Notes: generated by a model not told the origin, from the sequence alone. 64,000 nt of DNA from an uncultured virus (IMG/VR IMGVR_UViG_3300018080_008055) (IMGVR_UViG_3300018080_008055), one strand, 5' to 3'. Numbered from the stretch's first letter, positions 1 to 10,210 are shown. Program-made: numbers and translations.

Positions 1-23
1 TAGCCATAGTATTATTCCTCTTT

Positions 24-587
24 TTATTTCTTTCTTAAAACTAATATAAATATCAATAATGCAAAATCATACAAAATAATCATTCCCATTAGATTTAGAA
101 ATGATATATCGAAGTTAAATTGATAACCCGGTAATATATCCAAACCTAAAGTTTCAATATAGAATTGTGAATATACCGAAGAATCGGCCTCCATAAAGGC
201 TATTATTCCAAAAATCGCTTGACCGATTAATAAATTCAAACCCAGAATTACTAAAGCCGTAAAAAAAGCAATTCCAAAAACTCGATTGTCTTGGATAAAT
301 AGCCTTACCATTAAAACATGAATTACAAAAAAAATAACAAAGGCCGATATACCATAAATATCAGTATTCGATTCGATCTCTGGAAAGGTTAAGTAAAAGT
401 CCTCATCTAATCCAGTTGAGATAACCCAATTAAAGATTATCGGAGGCATAAACATAATATAAATGATTGTTGAGATTATTGTTATTCCCACAACCCTAAG
501 CATATTATCATAAAACGTCTCTCCAATTATTTTAAATTCTTGGAGTTTTGTTTGTTCTTTTTTTCTCCGGGATTTTTTTTCAGACAT
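24..587 (-). CDS. Multi-pass membrane protein with N-terminal SRRK motif
   Basis: About 4 hydrophobic segments; starts MSEKKSRRKK; N-terminus resembles that of 2444..3187. Confidence 0.8.
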   Translation of the reverse strand: MSEKKSRRKKEQTKLQEFKIIGETFYDNMLRVVGITIISTIIYIMFMPPIIFNWVISTGLDEDFYLTFPEIESNTDIYGISAFVIFFVIHVLMVRLFIQDNRVFGIAFFTALVILGLNLLIGQAIFGIIAFMEADSSVYSQFYIETLGLDILPGYQFNFDISFLNLMGMIILYDFALLIFILVLRKK

Positions 588-588
588 T

Positions 589-2442
589 TTAAAATACTAT
601 ACCTCCAAAAATATAATCTATATCAGCATAATGATCCTCAAGATCAATTCTTTTTATTTCTATATCTAATAGTCTTAATCCAAAAAAAGATTCCCAAACT
701 AAATTCTCTATTTGATCTTGTTTAAACGTATGTATCTCTTCCTCAATTATAATAGTTGTATTAAAAGATTCAGTATTAGTAAAAATCCAAGATCCGAATC
801 CTATTACTTCAGAAAGATAAACAACTGAGGTAAAAATATATTTATTCTCTTCAATTTCTAATTCATTTTTAATTTCTATAATACTTTCAAATTCTAATGT
901 TTCTGATTGTTCAAAATGACATGATTCTATTTCTTTCCAGAAATAAGCCATTACACTATAATTTAGATCTACTTCAAAATCAGATCCTAAATTACTCAAT
1001 ACTAACTCAGCCTGGAGATTCGTATAATCAAAAGAGGAATCATTAAAGAAAATTATTGGAGGATAATATACTTCCTCACTAAGACTAAAATTTGTAGTTA
1101 TTGGAGAGAATATTTCAAAAAATTCAGAGTTCCAAAAATTATATACAGCTAATCTATTCCAACCATCAAAAGCTAAAGTTTTGTTTGTTTCAAATTCAAA
1201 ACTAAAGGTAAAATTTTTCATATTCCGATAATCTTTATTAAAATTCAAATTAATCAAATATTTTTTAAAGTATCTATCAAAAGTAATATCCTTATCTCCT
1301 AGCTCATATTTTTCTTTTGTAATTTCTTCAGTTCCGTTTAACCAAGAGATAGAATCAAAATGAGCTTTTGCAACAACCGGAGGAGCAAATGTATCTGTTT
1401 TTATAGAATCGAATCGAATAACATCTACCCATTGAACTTCCATAATGGCCGGATTAGTCATATTAGCCTTATCAAAAATTTTCTTGTCATTCAAGTAAGC
1501 AGTAAATGTTCCGTTATCTAGTCCCATATAAGAACAATTTGTTTCATGGCATTTAAAATCAACTCTAAGGTTATACCATTGGCGATCAAATACTCTAGTT
1601 GATTCAATAGCCGAATTATTTACCCATTCCGTTCCGTTATAGTGTTGCAAATGTATAATATTAGCATTATTTGTAGGAGACATAACCCCTATTTGAAAAT
1701 TATTACTACAAAGATCTTGTTCAAAAGTCATAATAAAACCTCGATAATAATCCAGGTTAAACCATAGTTCAAAAGTTCCATTATAGAATTTTGGAGAAAA
1801 CATTTTTTCTACATAACCAGAATAATCCATTGATAAAACTTTAGCATGATTCATCACGTTATCAGAGATTTTTACTTTATCGTTGTGTGTCCAATTATCC
1901 GGAGTATTAGTATCATAGTAAAATGAATCACAACCCATATAATGCTCACTAGAATTTATTTGAGTATCATTTTCTTGAGTTGTATTTGCTTTTACATATT
2001 CTAAGTTTTCGGGATATTGTGTTTCTTCAAATGTAAAATTTTTAGAAATTGAAGTTGTGTTTTTGTATTCCTCTATAAGATTTGTTTTGTTTTGAATAAC
2101 TTTAATTCCTTTTATTTCACTTGTTTTAGGAATTTTAATACTAGCTTCCTCCCCATCTTCAATTTCAATTTCATATTCCTTTCCATTGTGTTCAATAATC
2201 AAAGCTACATAATCATAATCCTCTAAATCCTCATTAGAGTATAAAATAATTTCTAGATCATTCATTAGCCCGATAGCTATTATTAAAGTTGAGACAACTA
2301 AGATAGGAATTAAGGCTATTGCTATATTCCGTTGTTTCTTAACTTCTTTATAATTCGTATGAAGAACTTTTCTTTTAGTTCCTTTTGTAATTTGAGTTTG
2401 TACAACCCGGTTTCTATTTCTAGCCTTTCCTCTTGAACTCAT
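589..2442 (-). CDS. Membrane-anchored surface glycoprotein with a LamG/concanavalin-like region
   Basis: Basic N-tail, one TM (IAIALIPILVVSTLIIAIGL), acidic ectodomain with many NxS/T sites; GTFELWF...WYNLRVDFKC...FDSISW segment resembles Loki-type jelly-roll repeats. Confidence 0.65.
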   Translation of the reverse strand: MSSRGKARNRNRVVQTQITKGTKRKVLHTNYKEVKKQRNIAIALIPILVVSTLIIAIGLMNDLEIILYSNEDLEDYDYVALIIEHNGKEYEIEIEDGEEASIKIPKTSEIKGIKVIQNKTNLIEEYKNTTSISKNFTFEETQYPENLEYVKANTTQENDTQINSSEHYMGCDSFYYDTNTPDNWTHNDKVKISDNVMNHAKVLSMDYSGYVEKMFSPKFYNGTFELWFNLDYYRGFIMTFEQDLCSNNFQIGVMSPTNNANIIHLQHYNGTEWVNNSAIESTRVFDRQWYNLRVDFKCHETNCSYMGLDNGTFTAYLNDKKIFDKANMTNPAIMEVQWVDVIRFDSIKTDTFAPPVVAKAHFDSISWLNGTEEITKEKYELGDKDITFDRYFKKYLINLNFNKDYRNMKNFTFSFEFETNKTLAFDGWNRLAVYNFWNSEFFEIFSPITTNFSLSEEVYYPPIIFFNDSSFDYTNLQAELVLSNLGSDFEVDLNYSVMAYFWKEIESCHFEQSETLEFESIIEIKNELEIEENKYIFTSVVYLSEVIGFGSWIFTNTESFNTTIIIEEEIHTFKQDQIENLVWESFFGLRLLDIEIKRIDLEDHYADIDYIFGGIVF

Positions 2443-2443
2443 A

Positions 2444-3187
2444 TTAAAATTCCTTTAATGTATATTCTAAAGCAGTTGTTAATAATAAATTTATAGCAAT
2501 TAATATTGCAAAGCCAATCCAAAAAGCATATAATATATCAAATACGATTAATGGAATGTCTCTTAAAGGATCTCCGGATTGTGCAGTTTCAAATACTCCT
2601 ACTAACATTTCTAGTATCTGAGTATCATTAGGAATCCAGAAAAACGCAATTGCAAAAGCCGTAATAGAACCAAAAATCCATGAAATTACTACGGCTTTAA
2701 ATTTTACTTTATATTGCATAATTAAACTAAATACCAGGTATAATGCAAGAAAGATTATCATAGTCATCATTATTGACAGATAGACAAATCGTATCACTCT
2801 TCTTAGGTACGTCTCCATCCATCTAAACTCAACAATAATAGAACCTACTATCGAAAAAACTAATTGACCAATAATAGCCTCGAATAAGCCTCCCACTCCT
2901 CCTCCTAAATCTATTGTAGGAGAATCATCCCCTCCTCCTAAGCCAAAATAATCCTCAAAAACTTCAACTGCAAATAGACCTCCAATATCAATATTATCGT
3001 GAGCATAAATCCATAACTGAGAATAAAGAGTCTCGGCTAAGAAAGGAAGCATAAAGACGATAGTTATCCCAGTTATTGCCGTTATAATAATATTTCTTGA
3101 TAATATACCTCTAAAACTTAAAGCCTCTTCTCTAGCTTTGCTATAAAAGTTCCTAATCTTCTTTCTTCTTGATTTTTGTTCAGACAT
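2444..3187 (-). CDS. Multi-pass membrane protein with N-terminal SRRK motif
   Basis: About 5 TM segments; starts MSEQKSRRKK; Gly-rich loop. Confidence 0.8.
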   Translation of the reverse strand: MSEQKSRRKKIRNFYSKAREEALSFRGILSRNIIITAITGITIVFMLPFLAETLYSQLWIYAHDNIDIGGLFAVEVFEDYFGLGGGDDSPTIDLGGGVGGLFEAIIGQLVFSIVGSIIVEFRWMETYLRRVIRFVYLSIMMTMIIFLALYLVFSLIMQYKVKFKAVVISWIFGSITAFAIAFFWIPNDTQILEMLVGVFETAQSGDPLRDIPLIVFDILYAFWIGFAILIAINLLLTTALEYTLKEF

Positions 3188-3196
3188 TTTTTTACC

Positions 3197-3916
3197 TCAA
3201 CTAAGGCCTCCAAAACTGAGGCCTATACTAGCTCCATTAATAAGAGCATGAATAATCATATTAGTAGAAATTCTTTTTGAAAGTTTAAATGAAATTGCTA
3301 AGATAAATCCTCCAATTAAAGTTGATATTAACATTTCCGGTTGCTCTCCATAAACGGCTATATGATAAGACATAAATCCGAATGATCTTCCTATAACCCC
3401 TGCAACTGAACTATTAAAAAACATTTCAACCATAACTTGAGTAATTACAGTAAAAAATAATTCCTCGACAATAGCCATACTTATTGAGAAATATAATAAA
3501 TCAAAGCCGGTTATATTGTATTTTGGAATTGTTAAACTATTAAATATTACGTAATTTGTGATAGAAATAGCTATAAAACCTATTGCTATTCCAAGAAACA
3601 TATTTGTAAATTCATCTCTAGATATTCCCAATTCAATATCGAATTTAGTTCGTTTATATTTCATATCATTAATTATTGGAATGAATATAATACCGATAAT
3701 TCCTAAGAATAATGCTATTTGACCTTTCTCAGCTAGGCTTTGTAAAACGGCCTCTTCTGATTGTGAAAATTGAGTTATTATCCAAGTTAAATAAATAAAT
3801 ACTACTACAGAAAGTAAAACAGAAATTATTTCTAAATTATAAACATATTTTAAGTCAATATCCTTTTTTCCCGGATTATTCCTTTGTTGCTTTCTTCTTG
3901 ATTCTATTTCACTCAT
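3197..3916 (-). CDS. CPBP (CAAX protease/Abi family) intramembrane glutamic protease
   Basis: Multi-TM with motifs IVEELFF, FGFMSYH and HALIN; starts MSEIESRRK. Confidence 0.85.
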   Translation of the reverse strand: MSEIESRRKQQRNNPGKKDIDLKYVYNLEIISVLLSVVVFIYLTWIITQFSQSEEAVLQSLAEKGQIALFLGIIGIIFIPIINDMKYKRTKFDIELGISRDEFTNMFLGIAIGFIAISITNYVIFNSLTIPKYNITGFDLLYFSISMAIVEELFFTVITQVMVEMFFNSSVAGVIGRSFGFMSYHIAVYGEQPEMLISTLIGGFILAISFKLSKRISTNMIIHALINGASIGLSFGGLS

Positions 3917-4014
3917 AATAATTATATTTTATTTTTCAATTATTTATTATTTCGGTTTAAATCTTATACCTTTGTTTTTTATATTTTACAAAATAAAAAA
4001 ATAAAAATTTAAAA

Positions 4015-5733
4015 TTAGAAGACTCTTTTTTGTTTTTTTCTCCGGCTTTTCTCTTGTTGCTTTGCAAATTTCTCTTGTTGCTTTGTTAATTCTTGTTTTT
4101 CTTTTTGGATTTTCTCTTGTTGTTTAGCTAAGTCTTTTTGAGATATATAAGGTTGTTGTGGATAAGGTTGATATGGTTGTTGAGTGAAACCAGGTTGTTG
4201 GAATGTTTGATATACTGGTTGATAACCGGGTTGTTGTACTTGTATTTTAACCTTTCCTTTCTTTCCTCCTCCGGTAAATCTCCCAATAAATTTTGCTAGG
4301 ACCACAACTATAATTATTGCAATTATAATGATTATTCCTATTGCAAAAAAGTCTCCGAATCCGTCTCCGAATGTATCTCCGAATAAACCACTAAAGATAT
4401 CCTCAAATAATCCTTTTCTTTGACTCTCAAAGCTAGCTCCGGTTGTACCGGATACGATAGAACCAAAGGTGACATTATCGTAATATTCTTCTGGTTTTTC
4501 TAATGGTACTACTTCATCAGTTTCGACAACTTCAATTTTATATGCAGTCCAAACATTAAGAGTTAGTTTTACTCTTAGTTGAACAAATCTGTTGTGAACC
4601 CAGATTGCAACTTTCTCATTCTTGGTTTTGCTTTCTGAATCTCTATCCCAATCTGGAACACTTGTAAAATATTTATCATACTTCCTAACTTTCCAATGCG
4701 TAAAATGGAAGTTATCTCTATATTCAAAAACAACCGGAGAGAATTTAAAGAAGTTTGTTGAGAAAGAACAATTATCCATAGATTTCTCTTCTGTTTTTGA
4801 ATCGAAAATTGGATCTCCATTTTTATCCTCTGGGTTTAAATCAGAACCTTTGGAATTTACATTAATTCCTAAATCAACGGTTCTATGTACGTAAGCCCCC
4901 GTTAGATAAGGATTAACTGAAACTTGTAGAGAAGCCCCACTTTTATCTTGTAAAGCATGATCCGGTTGCCCATTTTGGCTTAGAGTTTGAGATTTTGACT
5001 CTACATTTGATATTCCTTTAACTTCCGGATTGATCGTATTTAATTTTCCATGAGTTTCATCTTCTAATACAACTGAAGATACTCCAATATAAGCAAATTC
5101 CTTTTCTAGTTCAAATCCTAATTCATCGGTAATAACATCAGGTATTACAGTATCGTCAATGTCAAAGCTCATTTCCAGATCGCCACTCCAATAGTTATTC
5201 TGTAGGTTATGTTTATAAACATCTCCTAAGCTAAGATGTGTCCAGGATATATCGGCCCGGAATCCGTCTCTTTGTTTATCATCTAAACCTTTCCATTTAA
5301 AATCTATACATTCCCATTTCTCTGTTGTATCTGTAAATCTTTCTGAACATTCCATGAAGTTAAGATTTGTAAATACATTAATATCTTTCCTCATAGAAAC
5401 TTTATAATAGTAATATTGTATATCTCCGGATTCTAAATGATAAAGAAGATCTACATCGTCTTTGGTAAGTGTCCATAATCCTTGAGTTTCAAACCCTACT
5501 TTATTACCAAAAGCCTTATTGTTTGAGATAGAAGAACCACAAAATTTATCAAATTTAAAGTTCTTAATTAAATCTCCGGAAGTTAGGAATATTGTATCAA
5601 TATCGTATGCTGGATCTAAAGAACCATTATCTTCTTGAGCAACAGTACTTGGAATTATAGTAAGAAAATTAAAAAAGCCAAGAAAAGTCATTGAAAAAAT
5701 TATGTAAGTTAATAATGCTTTAGAGAATTTCAT
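4015..5733 (-). CDS. Type I membrane protein (candidate spike/envelope protein) with Q/P/Y-rich cytoplasmic tail
   Basis: Signal peptide, ~430 aa ectodomain, C-terminal TM, QQPY-rich tail, ends EKSRRKKQKRVF. Confidence 0.7.
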   Translation of the reverse strand: MKFSKALLTYIIFSMTFLGFFNFLTIIPSTVAQEDNGSLDPAYDIDTIFLTSGDLIKNFKFDKFCGSSISNNKAFGNKVGFETQGLWTLTKDDVDLLYHLESGDIQYYYYKVSMRKDINVFTNLNFMECSERFTDTTEKWECIDFKWKGLDDKQRDGFRADISWTHLSLGDVYKHNLQNNYWSGDLEMSFDIDDTVIPDVITDELGFELEKEFAYIGVSSVVLEDETHGKLNTINPEVKGISNVESKSQTLSQNGQPDHALQDKSGASLQVSVNPYLTGAYVHRTVDLGINVNSKGSDLNPEDKNGDPIFDSKTEEKSMDNCSFSTNFFKFSPVVFEYRDNFHFTHWKVRKYDKYFTSVPDWDRDSESKTKNEKVAIWVHNRFVQLRVKLTLNVWTAYKIEVVETDEVVPLEKPEEYYDNVTFGSIVSGTTGASFESQRKGLFEDIFSGLFGDTFGDGFGDFFAIGIIIIIAIIIVVVLAKFIGRFTGGGKKGKVKIQVQQPGYQPVYQTFQQPGFTQQPYQPYPQQPYISQKDLAKQQEKIQKEKQELTKQQEKFAKQQEKSRRKKQKRVF

Positions 5734-5745
5734 TTTCTCAACTCC

Positions 5746-6732
5746 TTATCCGGTGATTAGAATTTTATTGTCTTCTAAATCTTCAAGAAAACCCTCAAAA
5801 ATAAAAATCTCAATAGGATCAGTTTTACATTCAAACTCAACGTCTATTTTAGCCTCTGAAATATAACTATCTTTATCTGGGTTTAAGAATACCGGTTCTA
5901 ACAGAATCATTGAAATATTAAGGTCTTCAATGTAAGTATAAGATGGTTCGATATTCTCAACGTCTGCATGTATAACCTCAGTTCCATTGAATACTAACCA
6001 TAGACCAAAGCCTCCGATCTCATATTCAAGTGTATCGTCAAGATCATTTTTCTCTAAGTAATATTCCGGTACGTATGAGCTTGAACCGTATAGACTTGCA
6101 TCCTCGCCCTCGATTGTAGTAATATTAATCCATAATTCAATATCATATTCAATATCTCCGGAAATATCAGATTCATTATAGATTCCTTCAACTCCATCTA
6201 ATTCAGTAATATTGCATTCTACATAATTAGGATTTCTTAAGAAATGAACCACAATTGTATTTTCGTAAGGATCGTTTATGTCCTCTGAGCCTAGAGGAGA
6301 GATTGTCTTAGGTAAGAAAGTTCTACCATCTAAATCATCAGAGTCAATATCCCATACGGTTATGAAAACCGGAGAATCTATATAAAATACCTCTCCGGTT
6401 TCAATTGGATTATCATACCCAGAGTCTTCTGGAAAATCATATTTTTTATCGGATTTGTTGTATTGTGTTAAAACTACTTCACCATCTATTTCATCCCCTG
6501 TCCAAGAATCGATCAATGTAATTTCCATATATCCTGATCCTCCGGCACTAGGAGGAGTAAGTACAGAGAATAATGCAAATCCTCCGATCAAAACTGCAAC
6601 AACAATAAGAATTACTCCTAAAGCTATTTTTGATGATCTTGATTTAGGAACTAGTTTTGAAAATCTTGAATTTCCTTTCGTTTGAGATTTTGATTTTTTA
6701 GGTTTATTTTTTCTTCTAGTTTTTTTAGCCAT
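5746..6732 (-). CDS. Single-TM membrane protein with acidic ectodomain and TRRK N-tail
   Basis: MAKKTRRKNK then TM; ATG at 6732 preferred over the track TTG at 6741, which lies in a TTGAT RBS-like motif. Confidence 0.75.
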   Translation of the reverse strand: MAKKTRRKNKPKKSKSQTKGNSRFSKLVPKSRSSKIALGVILIVVAVLIGGFALFSVLTPPSAGGSGYMEITLIDSWTGDEIDGEVVLTQYNKSDKKYDFPEDSGYDNPIETGEVFYIDSPVFITVWDIDSDDLDGRTFLPKTISPLGSEDINDPYENTIVVHFLRNPNYVECNITELDGVEGIYNESDISGDIEYDIELWINITTIEGEDASLYGSSSYVPEYYLEKNDLDDTLEYEIGGFGLWLVFNGTEVIHADVENIEPSYTYIEDLNISMILLEPVFLNPDKDSYISEAKIDVEFECKTDPIEIFIFEGFLEDLEDNKILITG

Positions 6733-6846
6733 ATTAATCAATTTATAATTATATTATTTAATTATTAATTAGAACTAACTTTTTTATATTTTTTATGTTA
6801 TTGTTATTATTAATCATAATTTTATAAAATACTTTGAGTTAAGAAG

Positions 6847-7413
6847 ATGAAAAACAAACCTGGAAAACCTAAGAATAAAGATAAAACTTTTAGGAATAGA
6901 CTTCTAGCCGTTATTATTATTAGCTTATTCTTGGTTTTGGTAATGGGATTTATTTTAATGGGTTCTATGAGGTATAGGATTCTAAGAGTTAGAGGCCATA
7001 GTCAATTCGATAGAGACTCCGATTATATTCTAAAGGAAGTTATTATAGCAACTGAAGTTGAAGATCCTGGAGATGAGGATGAGACATGGTATTATAAATC
7101 TATTGGAGGAGCTTATAATTATTTAGATTTTGAACTAGAGAATATTACTGAAGATGCAAAAGAAGAATTTATTCTCGATCTTTCATTGAGACTACTTATT
7201 GAGAATGAGATAGATTCTATATTTATTATCTTTATCGTTGTTGAGGTAAATGCAACTGATGTTGAGAAAGTCTTAGTTTCTGAAGAGATCGACCTCTATA
7301 AATCTACAGATATTCAATTAAATGGTTATGATTATTCTAAAGAGGAAGTTGAGACCGAAATTACCGACTTATCAGCTAACTTTCTTTTAGAGGCTATTTT
7401 GAATATTGTTTAA
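6847..7413 (+). CDS. Single-TM membrane protein with acidic ectodomain
   Basis: Basic N-tail, TM LLAVIIISLFLVLVMGFILM; divergent from 5746..6732 across an AT-rich gap. Confidence 0.75.
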   Translation: MKNKPGKPKNKDKTFRNRLLAVIIISLFLVLVMGFILMGSMRYRILRVRGHSQFDRDSDYILKEVIIATEVEDPGDEDETWYYKSIGGAYNYLDFELENITEDAKEEFILDLSLRLLIENEIDSIFIIFIVVEVNATDVEKVLVSEEIDLYKSTDIQLNGYDYSKEEVETEITDLSANFLLEAILNIV

Positions 7414-7694
7414 TTATTTTTTTTTATTTTTTTATTAGTATAATTTCTTTCTATTTAGGTAATGCTATTGACTTAAAGAATATAAGAAAATCTTTTTGTA
7501 GTTAAATAGGTAATAACTCTAAATTGTTATTAGTTATTTTCATTAGAATTGTTTTTTCCTCAGTTTCAATTAAAAACCAATTTTCAATTATAGAAATTAG
7601 ACTACGAGGAATAATTCCTAGAGAATAAAATTTATTGAGAAATTCTAAAAATATATCTACTTCATTCATTTTAATTTGAGTTTAATTTATTATT

Positions 7695-8180
7695 TTATTG
7701 GAGATCTCTTGTTTTCAATATCTGTTGTATCTTATCTTTCTGTTTATAATCTATTTTAACAGTTTCATAATTGTAGGCTTTATATCTACCACTAGCCATT
7801 TTGACCAAATTATATTCTTTCTTAAAAGAGATAAGACCTTTTTGTTCTAGCTTATTCAAATATCTTCTAATATTTTTTTTATCAATTAATGTGAGTTTAG
7901 CAATTTCTGGTATTCTATAAGAATCATGAATGATATACATCATTATTCTTTCTTCATTATTAGGCCATCTTCCTTTTTTAATTCTAAGATTTAAACTACT
8001 TTCTACATTATAAATATCGTAAAACTTAGAGGAATTACTTTTTTTAAGAATCCATTTCGGAATTGATTGTATTTTTACTTTTCTAAATTTACCATTATGA
8101 TATATCTCAATAGGCTTTCCAGATTTTATTTTCTTGATTGTTTTCTGATTCTTTTTCCAAATATATTCAAGTATAGTCAT
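7695..8180 (-). CDS. Winged helix-turn-helix DNA-binding protein
   Basis: IPEIAKLTLIDKKNIRRYLNKLEQKGLI. Confidence 0.75.
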   Translation of the reverse strand: MTILEYIWKKNQKTIKKIKSGKPIEIYHNGKFRKVKIQSIPKWILKKSNSSKFYDIYNVESSLNLRIKKGRWPNNEERIMMYIIHDSYRIPEIAKLTLIDKKNIRRYLNKLEQKGLISFKKEYNLVKMASGRYKAYNYETVKIDYKQKDKIQQILKTRDLQ

Positions 8181-8209
8181 AGTAAATATTAAGATTCTAG
8201 ACTATTTAA

Positions 8210-8340
8210 GACTAGTCGTAAATTTTTCTTGCTTTGATTTTGCTATTATTTATTATTTTCATACTTCCAGGCTTGAGGCCTAAAGATTAATATTTTTCTC
8301 CCGGAGTTCTAGGCTTTTTTTTTGATCATTTTCGTTCATT
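8210..8340. repeat. Copy 1 of a ~135 bp dispersed intergenic element
   Basis: GACTAGTCGTAA at 8210, then TTCCAGGCTTGAGGCCTAA...CTCCCGGAG...TTTGATCATTTTCG at 8265-8340. Confidence 0.9.
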
Positions 8341-8672
8341 ATGTTAGGTCTTAAGATTAGATGAAAATAATATTAAAAAGTAAATTTTTTTGTGTTATCT
8401 ATTCTATTCAAAATTGCATGGCCTAACTTTTTATTTTCCATATTTTAGACTTTTTAATAGGTTAAAGTAATACTATTTTTTCGTAATATTAAATCTTTTA
8501 TCTAGATAAGTTTTTAATCAGATAGTATAACATTTATATACTTAGTCTTTCTTTCTTTTAGTGATGATCGTAAATAATCTTTATTCCGGAATGATCTTGA
8601 CTAAGCTAGGTTTTCTTACCGATTTTCTTTTATGACTCCTAGAAGAATACCAAAAAAGCAAAATCGGATTTT

Positions 8673-8948
8673 TCAAATATAACTTGATAATTTATAGCCG
8701 GAAATATTTTTACTATTTTTATCTTTTATCTCTAGAGAGGTTATAATCCCTATTTCTTTTAATCTTTCAAAACTTATATTCCAAGAGGAGTTTTGACTAT
8801 TTCCAAATGTTTCAAAAAGCAATTGTTTGATTTTAGATTTAGTTTGATAATCTGTTTTATTCATTACATAAATTATTCTAATTTCTAAATCTGTATATTG
8901 TTTTAGATAACCATATTTCTTTTGGAGATATAATAGGTCTCTCTTCAT
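8673..8948 (-). CDS. Small wHTH-like protein
   Basis: LEIRIIYVM...SFERLKEIGII pattern. Confidence 0.55.
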   Translation of the reverse strand: MKRDLLYLQKKYGYLKQYTDLEIRIIYVMNKTDYQTKSKIKQLLFETFGNSQNSSWNISFERLKEIGIITSLEIKDKNSKNISGYKLSSYI

Positions 8949-8969
8949 ATTATAATATTGTTTTTAATA

Positions 8970-9398
8970 TTATAAATAACTTAGTTGAGGTTGTATGTTT
9001 CTATACTCGTTATAAATTTTTCTTATTTTCTTAAGAGAGTAATTTGTAATGTTTAGAAGTTCGATTATATAGGCCTCAGTAATTATAGGTTTAAAAAATC
9101 TTTTATTTGTTAATAAGGTAAGAGCAACTATCCATTTGATATTAGCATTATACTTTTTTTTAACACAAATTTTTTCAATTTTAGAAATTACAGTAAAAGA
9201 CTTTTGAATAACTACATTTAGATTTAATTTCAATCGCGTCGATAGTTCCGGTTGAGATATTACTTTTCTCAATAGTTCTTTGGCCGGAAAGGAATTGTTG
9301 TATTTATGAGCTATTTTAGAATCTAATTGAGGAAGACTTCTGGCTTTCTTTATATATTCCATTCTAATTTGTTTAATTTCATTGTTAATATCTAACAT
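8970..9398 (-). CDS. Hypothetical protein, possible TFB/cyclin-like domain
   Basis: WIVALTLL...ITEAYIIELLNITNYSLKKIRKIY resembles the last helices of a TFIIB cyclin repeat. Confidence 0.4.
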   Translation of the reverse strand: MLDINNEIKQIRMEYIKKARSLPQLDSKIAHKYNNSFPAKELLRKVISQPELSTRLKLNLNVVIQKSFTVISKIEKICVKKKYNANIKWIVALTLLTNKRFFKPIITEAYIIELLNITNYSLKKIRKIYNEYRNIQPQLSYL

Positions 9399-9758
9399 GA
9401 TAACTTGATTAAAAGAGATTAAGTTCCTCTTATAAAAGAGGAGAGGTTAAGAGGAAAATGAATTATTGAGAAAGCAATTGTTTTAATTTTAGAATGAGGT
9501 TTTATGTTATTATATAGAATTGTTATGGTAATCCTGGATTCTCATATTTCTAATCATTGAATCCGGATTTTTTTTGTCATACTACATGGAGGAAAAAATT
9601 AATATTTTTTTATCATTCTTTTAAACATCAACCTCCTTTTGTTTAATTTAATAATGGTATTGCTTATATTTAACAATTCAGATTAAAAAGATAATAGCCT
9701 ATTAAAAATAATGATTAAAGCATTAAAATTAAAAAGAATAAGAAAATAAAAAAAATAA

Positions 9759-10208
9759 TTAATGTTTTATATCAATTTGTCTTGATAAAGCCTGGAGTTT
9801 CTTAATAATAACTTTTTGTTCGGCTAATTCCAATTGAAGTTTAATTCCTCTAAGGAAGTCAAGTGCAATTGGAGAATTTCTTTGTTTATTATCATTTAAA
9901 ACTTTGATAATTTGGTTGATAACAATTACCTTTGAGTTATCTTTGTCTATTTTAGGAGTCTTCAGTTTTTTTGCTTTAGCTTTAAATTCCTCTTTCAATT
10001 CGTTTTGGGATTTTGGTTTCTTCTTGACCGGAGGCTTTTTTTTCTTAGCTTTTTTAGGTTTTGAAGATTTATTGTTTAACTCTTTTATTAAGGTCTCTCT
10101 ATTTTCGATCTGTTTTGGTTTTATTTCTTGTTTAGCCTCTATTGATTCTCTTGGAAATATTTCTTCCTCTTCTTCCTCTATTTCCCAAAAGTTCATCTTC
10201 TTAGCCAT
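9759..10208 (-). CDS. Hypothetical protein with acidic N-terminus and Lys/Pro-rich linker
   Basis: ORF with GGAGGAG RBS upstream. Confidence 0.65.
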   Translation of the reverse strand: MAKKMNFWEIEEEEEEIFPRESIEAKQEIKPKQIENRETLIKELNNKSSKPKKAKKKKPPVKKKPKSQNELKEEFKAKAKKLKTPKIDKDNSKVIVINQIIKVLNDNKQRNSPIALDFLRGIKLQLELAEQKVIIKKLQALSRQIDIKH

Positions 10209-10210
10209 GA

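Noticed and set aside
589..2442. MSSRGK or TKRK as a true SRRK motif
   Set aside because: The position fits but the sequence is only a partial match, so it was not counted.
8533..8635. Plus-strand TTTATATA followed by a 23-codon ORF (MIVNNLYSG...)
   Set aside because: Such signals arise easily by chance in AT-rich DNA; no independent support.
9599..9640. Strong GGAGGT RBS before MFKRMIKKY-stop
   Set aside because: Only 9 codons with no further support; possibly a gene remnant.
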